This document shows positions 1 through 13,419 of a stretch of 64,000 nt of DNA, piece by piece. This DNA comes from Kondoa subrosea (Eukaryota): the NCBI GenBank assembly GCA_039545335.1, contig BCIN01000001.1, forward strand, positions 1,348,604 to 1,412,603, written 5' to 3'. Every line of letters begins with the position of its first letter. Within the stretch, counting starts at the first letter, position 1. Under the pieces are notes generated by a model, which had not been told where the DNA came from, did no database searches, and saw nothing but the letters and a program-made list of their open reading frames with translations. A program made the position numbers and the translations under genes.

Positions 1-91
1 GGTTGACGAAGTTTGCTTGCGTCCATGGACCGCCTGCCGAGGTGACGAAGGGCGTTCCTCGATTGGGAGTAAGGTTGAGTTGCTGAGACAT
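1..91 (-). CDS. 5' start of a gene running off the window (MSQQLNLTPNRGTPFVTSAGGPWTQANFVN...)
   Basis: ATG at 91 opens a stop-free frame to the window edge; the upstream sense-strand sequence is pyrimidine-rich, like other 5' regions here. No function assignable. Confidence 0.4.
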   Translation of the reverse strand, partial: MSQQLNLTPNRGTPFVTSAGGPWTQANFVN

Positions 92-136
92 ATAGAAAGA
101 TGTATATATAGGTCTTGGATATAATATGATTGCTTC

Positions 137-170
137 GCTAGATATAGAGCGTCGGCTAGATATAGAGCGT
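137..170. repeat. Short direct repeat GCTAGATATAGAGCGT x2
   Basis: Exact 16-mers at 137-152 and 155-170. Confidence 0.9.
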
Positions 171-792
171 TGAGAAATGAGGAAGAAAGAGAGCAAGAAG
201 AGAAAAGAAATCCAAGGTCATGCTCTGCCAAAGTTAAAGCCGTAAGGTCCGGACTGACGGTACATCACGCGAGCGGATCTTCGGCTCTAACTGAATGGAT
301 CTTTGAAACAGGCAGAGAAGATCGGACGAATGTACAGACAGAAATTGACAAAAGACTGACTTGATGGTTGACAGGGGCCAATCTTGATTCTTCATGAATA
401 TTAAGGCTCTGACTGCCTATTTCCGGACTCACCTTGTTGTCAGATGATATAGATACACGCATGACCTGCCGCGTTTCGTGATCTCGGACTTAGCAGATCA
501 GCGATTACAGAGCACGCCCGTGACTAGACTGTTCGCGCTGGGAGTATCATGGCGCCGAATCACAGATACACTATCAGGCGCAGCGATAAGATGTAAGAGC
601 AAAGAACCGAATGCTATAACAAGGCAGCCAAGTTCATGAGACTTTGAGACAAGGAGCATCAGACCAGACGCAGTATAAGATTACAGAGCAAGACACATCC
701 GTGCCGCTCTCCATTGGGTATCTAGCAATCCAGAATTGACATGGCTTGTCGAGAACAACCGAACACGAATTTCGTGAATCAAGGCAGAAGCT

Positions 793-2029
793 ATGTCTGG
801 CCCAATCTCAGCTCCCAAGCGCTCTCCAACACTGTTTAATCTCCTTAACAACCCATCAGATCCGCCAGCATTTGAGGAAACGCTTACCAATGATCAATCT
901 GTTTTTGAACACGAGCAGCAACAGCAGCAGGATACCAGGCCAGCCAAACGCCAACGCTCATCTGAGCCAGATGCTCATTCTCAACCTCCTATACCTCAGC
1001 AACAGCAACAGCAACAGCAGCCTGTATTGATTCCATTAGAACCGTCTTACTTTGGTGTGGAACCTCATGATGATTTCACGAGAGAAGTTGGGAATTGGTT
1101 ATGGGGATGGTGTAAAGGTAGAGAACATGTCGAGATTGAAGCCAAGATTGGGATTCTGTTGGATGCCAATTCACCTAGACACGAACCACCTCGAAGGTTA
1201 TATTTCCCAGTAGCTACTGAATGCAGTCAGTCTCCTTTCTCTCCTCTTCTATTATTCGCAGAGTACTTATGCTGCTATATGATTAGTCATTACGGATCCT
1301 GGGATATGTAGATTCGAAAGCAACATGACAGCTCGACAACATGCATCTTTCAATGCTCTTCTCAATTCACGCGTAGAAGATCAAGCTTCACCTTCTTATC
1401 GAGGTGCAAGAATAAAACATCAACATACAAGGGAAATTGACTATTTTCACGAAACACCAGATAAGAAGAAAGTTAGGGTTACGATGGTTATATCACCTGA
1501 CAGCAAGGCGCCAACACCTAAACCTAATGGGATTGTGGAAAAGGAAAGAATAGCGAATATGAATATCTATAGCCCGAAACAAGGTTTCGATTTCAGGATA
1601 AGTGTGAGCGCTGAAAAGCCATGTATGTCTCGCCTTTTTCTTCTTTATCTTTTCATTCCCTGATATAATGTGTCATACAGTACCAGCACCACCAGCAGTC
1701 AAGCCAAATGCAGAAAGATATAAAGATCGAATATCCTACAATCATCAGATTCTTCAAATCGATCTTACAAGCGTCCAAGCAAGAGATGCGCAATCCCACC
1801 AAGCGACGACGATGCAAACATTTGAGCTGGAGATTGAGTTCAAAGACGTTGCGGAATTAATGAAAGAAGGAGCGAAGCAAGCTGCTGAAGATGGTCAGCC
1901 GAATTTATACTATGAGATGGTTCAGGTGTTTCTGAATACAATACGGATGTGAGTAGTGTGTACGTTCTACTATCACTGCATGCTGAGAAAGCGGCGAACA
2001 GGTTGATAAAGAATGCAGATGAACCATAA
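793..2029 (+). CDS. CET1: mRNA-capping RNA 5'-triphosphatase (CYTH/triphosphate-tunnel family), spliced
   Basis: Motif A EIEAKIG, RVT, DFRISVS, RYKDRISY and motif C FELEIEF across ORFs 793/1325/1668; last intron gtgagt..cag gives ...IRMLIKNADEP*. Confidence 0.92.
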
Positions 2030-2143
2030 TGTCCTGGTATAACAGTAGCAATACTATGAACTTGTACAGCTGGTCTTGTGACAAGTACATATGTTCTGCT
2101 ATGCAATCTTTTGCCTATTTCATCTACAGACTTTCCCCTCTAG

Positions 2144-3929
<1,786 letters not shown>

Positions 3930-4015
3930 AAAAGTAGCTGCTAGTGGAAGTTCGTGATCAACAAAAATTTATGCATGAGAAGTATGTATGTGTTCCTTCT
4001 GTAGAAATCTCTATC

Positions 4016-5886
4016 TCAAGACCATCGACCAATCGTTTCTCCTGCTTTGACGATACTTTCCAAAGATTTCTTCGAACTGTCTAGCAAGTCTTGGTCGACC
4101 TTCATTGATCCAGTAGGCCAGCAACACTGCAGGCACACTTCAAAGAGACTCGAAGAGCATCATCGGATGACGTACAATAGTCGTTGATCCTCCATAGGCA
4201 AAATAGCCTACCGCAGCCATCAGATTGCTCTATCTTACCCTGAGACAACTGATATAGCTCACCTAATTCTTCACCCTTTTCTACATGATCGCCCTCTTTC
4301 TTCGTCCATACAATACTGCCGACGAGCATAGCACCAACAGCGACCTGTTCACCGAATCTCAGTTAGCTAATAGCTAGCACACAGAGATTCAGAGACAAAC
4401 AAAGATGACTGGAATAGTTTGACCTGATGGCGATTGAGTGGTGATAGTAGTGATGTCTCTTCGATTAGCAGTGTAGACAGGGAAATCTTCATTCACCGCT
4501 GGGAATTTTGATATAGTCAGTTACTTGTTAGTCAACCAGGGCAACATATTGCTCACCTTGAGGATTGACTGTAAGAAGGACATCGTATCCACATTAGTCA
4601 AACGCTAATGTACCAGATGCCACCGCTCACCTGTATAGTATTTCCCTTCAATGTGGGTAATCTTGCCTACTGTTCCAGCAACAGGCGATACAAATCGACT
4701 GTACGTTCGTACTCTCGAATTAGCTTTCTAAGCTAATTTGCGAGGTATCACAACGCACTGGAAATCAGCAGGAGCGAGTCTAAAAACAGCAATGGCAGCA
4801 TTATCCTTAAATTCAGGATACTCTGTTCCTTCTTTATCGTGCAACAAATGAGGTAAAGTGAAAGAACGATCTTTGATCCAAAAGTTTGTTGCTGAAGTAA
4901 GGGATTCGAAGACTGTCAAGCGGCAATCGGCTGCTGATGAAATGATAGATGGATCTTTGTCAACCTAAACTAAGCTTAGCATTGGAACATAATAGGACAG
5001 AAGAAGAAGAACGAACTGGTCTCATCCCTGGTTTAAGCTTTCGAGTGAAGAAATCATTGAAGGTCTACGAGTTACTTGTCAATAGGCCTCTTTGCTATTT
5101 TGTCTTAGGGCGCACTCTGTATTTAGTAGGATCAGGTTCAGCCTGTATTATGACGCCCTATTCAGTGATATGTCACAAAACAGAGCATCGAACATACCAA
5201 TTCTGCTAACGAATCTTGCAAGCTGTAGGTGGTAATGAAAGACTGGATATGATCTTGAGCGCCTTCTTCTGAATCGTAGAGTTTGCCTTGCTGAATACTT
5301 TGCTTCTTGAGTGCAGAGTCAATGTATTCACTACTAGAAGTCTACGCAACTTAGAACGATCAGCGTCAAACGTAAGTGCAAGAACTCACTTCTTTGTTGG
5401 CAGTGACGAAGAGCAGATGCATGCCAAAGCGTACATAGATAGGCATAGACTAAGAGAAGAGAACTCAGCAGGCTTACAGAATGCAGATGAGATAGCTTAC
5501 TTCCCATGTCTGAGTAGCATTTGGCGGACGAGTAGTGACAAAATTGCCTTTGCCGCGGATCAGTCTGATGAATTGCAGAAGATCATGGAGCTCACCTAGA
5601 TGCTCATAAGAAGCCAGCTGCTCCAAAGACTTGGTAGCCAATGGAGCGATCTTGTTGCTGCATCACGTCTATCAGCTCGCTCTTCATTTACAATACTAGG
5701 GACTTACAACCAAGAATGCTTGTGAGCTTTCACAGCAGGTTCGTGAATAGTAGAAGCAGGAGCTGAACCGCTATTATTAGGCGAGCTGGCTTCAACCAGA
5801 TTCGTCAAGGCCTCTGTCGTTGCCTGTCCTTCTTTGTCCGCGTCCGCTCCAGATGCATGTTTGATATCTTTAACTGGATCCGCCAT
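4016..5886 (-). CDS. Phosphatidylserine decarboxylase (PSD2-like core, no C2 domain seen), multi-exon
   Basis: TFNDFFTRKLKPGMRP, SSAADCRLTVF, FRLAPADFHRF, YYTVNPQ, AVGAMLVGSI, KGEELGYFAYGGST (self-cleavage motif). Confidence 0.92.
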
Positions 5887-7001
5887 CTCGTTAGATACTC
5901 GTCTTGCTCGTGCAGGACCAAAATAGATAATTTCAACTTGACGAAAGACCGCGACCGAAGTGAGGGATAACCGAGCCAGCCATACTACGAGAAAGCCTAG
6001 GATACCCATACAAGCTGACCTTGATCAATTTGACTGTAAAGCAAAGCCTCGGAAGAGCAAAATCTCAAGAAATCGCTAGTCATGCTATTCCTTTGTTCTT
6101 TGCTCAAGAAGACCACGGGACTCCATTCGTGTTTCAAGAGAGCTATATTTGCTGTCCTGTACTCTTTATTCGATGATATGCTGCTGTTCTCTTGTAATCC
6201 TGCTATTCAGCTCTGCTTGAATCGATAGCTGTATTCTTATGGAAGGAATGGAAAGAAGTCAGCTTAGCAGCTAGCAGCCGCCCAGCCACATGTCATCTAT
6301 TAGTGGGAAAAGACAAGAGTTTGATCGCTTTCGAACGAAAGCTGACTGATCAATGACACATCCTTATTGTGTGGCTCCGACAGAGATACTCTATAGCAAA
6401 CGAGACTATATGGGGGTCGTTTATCAGTGATAATGCACAGCAGGCACAACTTCGGCGTCTAATCATGCAATCTTTCCAGCAGACATCTATGTCGATATTT
6501 AGTTATCGTGTGATACGGCCGTAACTTTAACGCTTCGAGTCTCTTCAAAGATGCTATAGAATGTGCTACGCGCTCATTGCAAGGTATTACGAATGTTCAA
6601 GCAAAATAACTGCTATCAACCAACGTCTTTTTACGAAAGAAGCGGATACATGGTTGCCGGCTTAGGCTGGAGTACTGGAAGCAAAGATCAATCAATAGAT
6701 CTCTATTTCGTCAATATCTATGTGTGCCTACTTAGCGAAGCGGAACGCTCAATGTCAACTTCTGGAAAACAGAAGCATATACTACTGCACGCAAATTACC
6801 TGAAGCATTTAAAGCTAGAGAGAATGTTAGGGACCGGTTGAATGTAGGTGCTGAATGAGAAGGTGAACTGAAGAGGTGCAAATTACATTGCGATTGAGCA
6901 AGTCGAGTTTCACCGCTTATCGCATTAACCATTGTGAGTCTGTCTTTGTTGAGTCCATAGATGATACATGTATGCTAACGTGCTATTACTGCGCAGTTGC
7001 A

Positions 7002-7415
7002 ATGCTCCCTTTCATGGAATCGAATGAATCAATGCGATCTGCTGTACCTTGCATCAAATTTAACTCGTTCTCGCGCATCTATCTTCTCGTAGCACGTCAG
7101 AATCACTACGAAAGCATTATGGCCTTCTTTCAAGTCAGCGTACTGGTATCATTCTGCATATATATCGTTCGACCAATCCGATGGCTCTTGGCTTTTTCTC
7201 GCTGCACGATATCAGGTCAGGAAGTACTCAAGAAGTATTTTCGGGTGCTCCGGTCTGCTCTGGTCTATGATGATGTACAGCAATACCGTCATTCTGCCTT
7301 ATGTCCGGGCTGGCGAACCTTTGCGCGAACAACTTCTGAAGTAGACTTTGAGATTTCAAATGATGGAAATAAGAGACAGGAGGCAGCAAGACTTGATAGG
7401 AGAAGCTTGCTGTAA
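7002..7415 (+). CDS. Possible small spliced orphan ORF (~100 aa)
   Basis: Canonical upstream intron 6934-6996 (gtgagt..gctaac..cag); two further plausible introns join MLPFMESNESMRSA/HVRITTKALWPSFKSAYWYHSAYISFDQSDGSWLFLAARYQ/QYRHSALCPGW...; no recognisable homology. Confidence 0.2.
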   Translation: MLPFMESNESMRSAVPCIKFNSFSRIYLLVARQNHYESIMAFFQVSVLVSFCIYIVRPIRWLLAFSRCTISGQEVLKKYFRVLRSALVYDDVQQYRHSALCPGWRTFARTTSEVDFEISNDGNKRQEAARLDRRSLL

Positions 7416-8263
7416 AGTCCGAGAGGTCGTTTGTTGTGGAATGTCGAATATTGTTGCAACGCTTCTTTTTCGCTTGGTTCCTCCTCTTGACACGAACCAT
7501 GAACCAAAAAAATACCACAGGCTGATCCTATACCTCTTCTAGCTGGTATATACCATTAGCATGATACCCTCTTCGCGCGAGCTTTCATCAGAATGAGAGA
7601 GATTGCATTGTTTGCGCGAATGTTAGTCCGAGCATTCCTTTGCTACTGATAGCGGATCTGATTGGACATGCTTAGTCAGTAGCCCCATACGCACTGATGG
7701 CGTACAGGCGACCGAGAGATAGAGAATGAAGAAAGTGAGTCCGGCAAGGCTTGTTATGCAAAATTCATGCATGAGCTGACTGAATCTCTTCAGCTTTCGG
7801 CTGGAGTGGCAGTCATCGAAGCTCTATCAGATCGTCTAGAAACATCCACATCTTAGCGTGCAATCATGTTGGACATGCTATAGTCGAAGAAAGCTTGCTC
7901 GGCCATTCATCAGCTTACAAGCAGGATTCGAAGTCAATTGTCATCTTATATCAATCAAGTAGCTATCATACCACTATCAGGACTACTCTCATGATACAAC
8001 CGAACGAGCAATAGTCAAACTTGGCAATAAGCTTGAAGTCCAGTTTCTGCTAGACTCACTCTATATCAGCGGCTCATGACAAGAGCAAGTGCATATTAAT
8101 GGAGTAGAGGGGATCAAGGGCAAGCGTATAGCAGCTATTTTGGCTTTGTGAAGATTGGGAGATAGAAGGATGAAGTTGTCGAGGGAGAATAGAGCGCTGA
8201 TAGAGGTTATCAAGCGTGTGAGAGCTTCACTGGATAGCTGTGCAACTATATAGTGCCAGTACC

Positions 8264-10224
8264 ATGGCGTATACGATCGAAGAAGAACATCAGAGGTCAG
8301 TGAGACTTCCTTAAAGCTTGAATACTGCTCAGATCACGAGTCTAATGCAGTCCAACGAGCAATGGGGCACTTGCAGATGGTCTAGAATCACTCAAGTCCT
8401 ACCGGGCAGCTTCCGCGAGGGTGACCCCTATTCGGCGAACTACTTTGGCGTCCAAAATACCTCTCTTTTCCGTGCACCATCTAGCTCACCCCAGCTTGAA
8501 ACAAGAATCTCTTTCGTGTAGCACATCATGTCAATCAAATTTCCCTTCCAGATCAATCAAATCTACAATTCAAAGAACGAGTTATTGGCGAGCTTCGCGG
8601 ATTGCAGTCGTCAGAATGGAACAGCACTGAAGAAGTACGCTGCACGGCCTGTTGGTATCTCAGGCTCAAGAAGAGGCTTGGGCTCTATCGGATATATGTG
8701 CGATGAACCAACAGGTAAGCACCCCTATCCATTTCACCTCAGCTTTTGGCTCAATCCCAGATCGTCTAAGATGGATCGATGAACACGTGGACCTGTAGGT
8801 TCCAGATTGTCGCTGTCGAGGAATCAACTGGCAAATGGTAAGTCTGTGTTTCCTTTGCCTCAAACCCTAATCAATTTCGCCATATGTTCACAGGAAGATC
8901 AACTCTTTCTCATCTATGCATACCTGTGGAGAAAACACAGTCACCTATAACTCTCCTTCTTTCAGCCCTTCTAGAGTCTCGATCAAGAACACCAGATCCG
9001 ATTCCCTTACTACCACTTCTTCTCCAGGACCTGCACAAAGTCTACATAAACCAGCTCCTTCTGTCTCTACCTTTACAGAAGGTCACGCAGGAACAATTGG
9101 AGCTGCGTCAAACAACAGCCCACTGAAGCGAGCTCTCAGCAAGACCCAAGAGTCAACACGCAAAAAGACAAAATCAGCTCCAAGTACACCTACAAAGTCC
9201 TCCAGCAATTCCATTACAAAGAGGACTAAAGCTGCTGAGAGAGAATTGCTTGCTCTGTATGCAGATCGAGTTGGTTTCGCTCGAGCAGAGAAGGAAGCCA
9301 AAGACGAGCGAAGACTGTCTTCAGACTTTCTATATCTGGACATAGAATCTTTTCTCGAGGCTGCGCATATCCACCTACACTATCCAACCGATCAAGGCTG
9401 GTTCATCGTTGAATTAGAAAAAGATCAAATCTACAATGAGGATGATGGAACCAGAGCAAGAGCTGTTTTTAGGTGTAATCACAAAAACTGTCCTTGGAAG
9501 GTCGTGTGCGTCTGTATTGAACTAGCATGCAGGATCTCAGCTGATTTGGAATGGACTTAGCCTACAGCAGGAAGAGTCCAATTATCGAATTGTCCAGACT
9601 ACGGTATTCAATCACTCTAATCATCCAATTTCGCAAGAACCAACTCCAGCTAAAGACAATGCTGAATCTTCTTCTCCTTCGTCACCTGATTCGATTGCAA
9701 CCGATGCTATCGACGAGTCGGATCTTACAAGCTCCAATCAAACTCTACCATTTGAAAAATTGAATGCCAGTCAAGCTTGTGCAACTAACGAAGGTCCTGC
9801 TGGTGCTGGTCCATCTTGTTCTTCCCAAGTACCATCCAGCCCACATGCTTCACCTTCCGCAGCTACTTCTCTATCTATACCTCCTTCAAGCCCTGCACTG
9901 CCTACTGTACCTCGTTTCTCTCCCTCCTCTTCAGCTAAGAAAAAGGCCGCTGCACATATGGAATCGAAAGCTAATGTAGGCGTTGCAGCTAAAGAAGACA
10001 CTTCGTCAGATGACGACTCATCCTCTTCTTCGTCTCCTTTGGCATCTCCTTCGCGAGTCTCAGCTCTGTCAGCACGTGTTTCTACTCGTCCGACAGATGG
10101 AACTCTGGTCAAGAAGCTACAATATGCCCGATCAGCCGGAAGATCTTCAACTTCACTTCACTCCTCTCCTGCAAATGCTCAAGATGGCGGAAGTGGAAGA
10201 GCTCCAGATGTCTTTGATAGTTGA
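8264..10224 (+). CDS. Putative transcription factor with two WRKY/GCM1-fold (MuDR/FAR1-like) zinc-binding domains and a Ser-rich tail
   Basis: Manual splicing gives FPFQINQIYNSKNELL...C-x12-C-RFQIVAVEESTGKWKINSFSSM-HTC and FRC-NHKN-C-PWKVVLQQEESNYRIVQTTVFN-HSNH, in frame through to the 9760 ORF. Confidence 0.65.
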
Positions 10225-10437
10225 TAGATAGAAGAGAGCTTATACGATGGGCAAGAGAGATTTGTTATTGCATTGGGAGAATGGCAGGTCGCTGAAAGGA
10301 CAGAATTGATTTGGGAACATTTTTCACTTAGGGAATATATTTTTGATTTATACATCTCACAGCTTCTATGCATTTTCATTCTCTTGGTATATATATACTC
10401 AAAGTATCGGAGGACAAGGAGGAAGGTTTCGTGTACA

Positions 10438-13250
10438 GCATTGCAAAGCATACTAAATACATTGGGTCCGAACGCTATCAATACCAGCCCAGCTCTTGCC
10501 ATAGTCCAATGAGTCAAAGCTGAAGCTGAGCCTGTGTGGCACGAGATCATTCAGCCAAATTTCAAGTCAATATGATAGTTTGAGGTGATGGCTCAGGTTT
10601 GCTACATCTGCAACAAATTCTTGCCTTCCCTGCCTGACAGCTATCCATCAGAGGATACGATCCTTCAGACCTTGCAAGCAAGAGACTGAGGAAAGCAGCT
10701 CTGATAGAGGATCGACCTGAGCGCTTTGCAAAAAAAAATCGCAAAGGCTATGAAGTCCAGTCAAGCAGAGTCGAAAGAGGTTCGCAAAGGCCATCGAGAA
10801 ACTTGCTCGAATCAATGACAGCCACGAGCTAGGTCGGACAATCCTTCGATTCACCAAATCCCTGCGTCGCGACCTCATTCCAGCCAAACAGGCATGGAAG
10901 GTCTCCAAGCACAAGGTAGGCTGGGCTGGCTTGTATCTGATGGCCTGGAACCAAGGCAAGAATCTGGAGCGCATGAAGTATGTGTAAAAGGGAAGGTTTG
11001 ACTTTGATATGTGAAGTACATGGTGAGAAAGAAGGGAGGAAGGCTCAAAGAGGGTGAAGGTCGTTCAATTCTGGCCACACAGGAGCTACTTTGATGGCTG
11101 ACAGGCACTAAATTGCATTTGAACTGATGCGAACTGAAATGGCAAACGCGAATCGAGGTTAACAGCAAGGAGCACAGCAATCGCGTGCGATAGGCTGAAA
11201 GAGAATAGGAGAGAGGAAGATAGCGAGAAATATGCGACATCACGCGATTTCTGCCTTCATGCTTTTACGGTTAATTGATGTATTGAGATCAATCATTGAG
11301 CAAATCCCAATCTCAAGACCGCGCTGATACCGTTGGTGATAATGAAGTCTTCGGTCTTGATGAGCTGTACAAGCAAGGCTTTAGAGCGAAGCGAAGAAAG
11401 AAACCTGGCGAGCTGAATAAAGCAATGATAAATCGACCAATCTGACTTTACGAGCATAACGAGCATAAGCGGATGAGTATGGCTTCTATGTCATTCCATA
11501 TCGAGCATAAGAATGGGGAAACTGCCAGCTCTGACACTTCTTTAGTCCCACGCTCAAGGTGGTGAGCCTGTGTCGGAAGAGAGATCACCTTAGGCCACTA
11601 GCACCTTCCTTTGATCGATTCTGACGCCCCTAGAGCCTTCTAGCATCACGAGACCATGAAGAGCGCGCGATATCAAGAATCCAATTTTTGCTGTTGAAAG
11701 TCTTGGCATGCTCTGGCCTTGCGGTTGATCATGGCTTGAAGCTAGTCCCAATGATAGGCAGTATGCATCTTGGGAGATCAAGCTAGAGCAGAGTGTCCAG
11801 GAGGCAAATTTGGCCGTACAGAGCAAGCACAACATCCGCAAAATGCTTGACCTGGAACAGCGAAGTGGATTGATTAATACCTCGACTGGAAGCGATATCA
11901 GGCCTATATATACCTTTTATGACTACTGCGAGGCTGCTACCGGTCACAACTAGCGAGAGACAACGGCTCGACGAACATGAAATTGAAATGGGTCGAAATG
12001 CTCCAGATGATGCAGTCGAAGGATGCAACTTGCTTGCATATACACAACCAGACGATCTCATGCGACTGCTATCTTTGATTGCTGTCCTACATGTGCTTTA
12101 TATCTCGTGTTTCGGCTGGGCGTGACCTTTTGAACTCGTCTGAATGGCTTGAAGGCTTGCTTGGAAGGGCTCTGATCTTATGGCTTACTACTACATGTAT
12201 CTCTATATCAAGTGCTGCAAGAAGTCATACCGTACTGCTTCCCATGATCATCGTTCTTCATTTTGAGTGCCTTAATTTGGATACAAGCTTGAAGGCTTTT
12301 CAATATGGCTGTTAAAATGTCAGCCGGAGTAAGCCTTTTTACCACCGACTGCTCGAACGACCTCAAAAACTGGCTCCTTCACTTCTTTTCCTCATCGAAT
12401 CCAATCGAATCGCCTTCAGCTCCGCCCCTTCAGTGCTCGTCTTCGCCTCGGTCCGTTTGCTCCCTGATTCTGGCCAACATGCGATTTCCGGACTACAGTC
12501 AGCGCTGGTCCTATATACCTTTTGTTCACTCGCTTAGTAGACTTCGGTCGAAAACCTGGTGCTTCCAAATGCAGCTCCTTAGGGAAGTCTGATATGGACG
12601 AGGAGGACCGGTGAGGGCCAGAACCTAGAGACTGTTCCAAGATTAGACAGGGCTGTCGGGGCAAGCTGAAGGTTCAACAATGCAATTTCGACATATTTGG
12701 GCATCTTTGGTTTCTCTGCGCGATATCAGCGCGATCTTCAGATGTCTATACGGATCTGTGGCTACTATTATGTCCGGTTTGTTGCATTACTTCTGCGCTG
12801 CGTTGCATCTGAGGGCTTGCTTCTATTTTACAGTGCGCATGGTCTCCCCTTGCTTTGATGTCAGCTCCAGCATGATTTTGAAGGTAGCTCACCCTGTTCT
12901 CACATACCCTAGTTCGCGGCGAATAGATTTCGGATCGAGCACCGTGATATTCCAGATACAGCTCTCACCGAGAGATGACTGCCTGGACGGGGGAGAATGG
13001 GCCCGAGACAGAACCTTGAGACTCTCTACAAGATAAAGACAGATCTGAGAGGGCAGGCTGAAGGCTGAAGATCGACTTCGACCATTTCGGCATCTGCAAT
13101 TTCCTCGAACTCGGCCCGATCTTTGAATGCTCGATATAGAGTAGTCAATCTATTCAGTCGTGCGTTCATTTCTCGGCATTTTCATTGCAGTCAAAGCCGC
13201 TTCGCTCTGTCATTGCCTATTTGATTATTTGAAGCTTCGCGCTTGGTCAG
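10438..13250 (-). pseudogene. Copy A of a decayed repeat/pseudogene family (~2.8 kb), inverted relative to copy B
   Basis: Long near-identical stretches with the reverse complement of 30950-33725 (e.g. gtttgctacatctgcaacaaattcttgccttccctgcctgacagctatc); matching ORF fragments 10648-10974(-) vs 33084-33611(+); frameshifts and stops. Confidence 0.85.
12480..13220. repeat. Two degenerate ~390-bp tandem units inside copy A
   Basis: tagacttcggtcgaa...tggacgaggagg...cagaacctagagact...gctgaagg (~12540-12670) matches tagatttcggatcgag...tggacgggggag...cagaaccttgagact...gctgaagg (~12925-13065). Confidence 0.75.
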
Positions 13251-13419
13251 ATGGTCGCATGTCAGCTCCGATGGTCAATGAAGGGTAGAAGGTGGAAATA
13301 AATGTATTGCATTGGACCTTTTTCGTGATTGTAGCCTAGTTTACATGCGCTAGCACATATCTGCAATTTGCACCATCATCGCTGCTCCTATACTGCCATT
13401 AATCAACTTTGACTATTTT

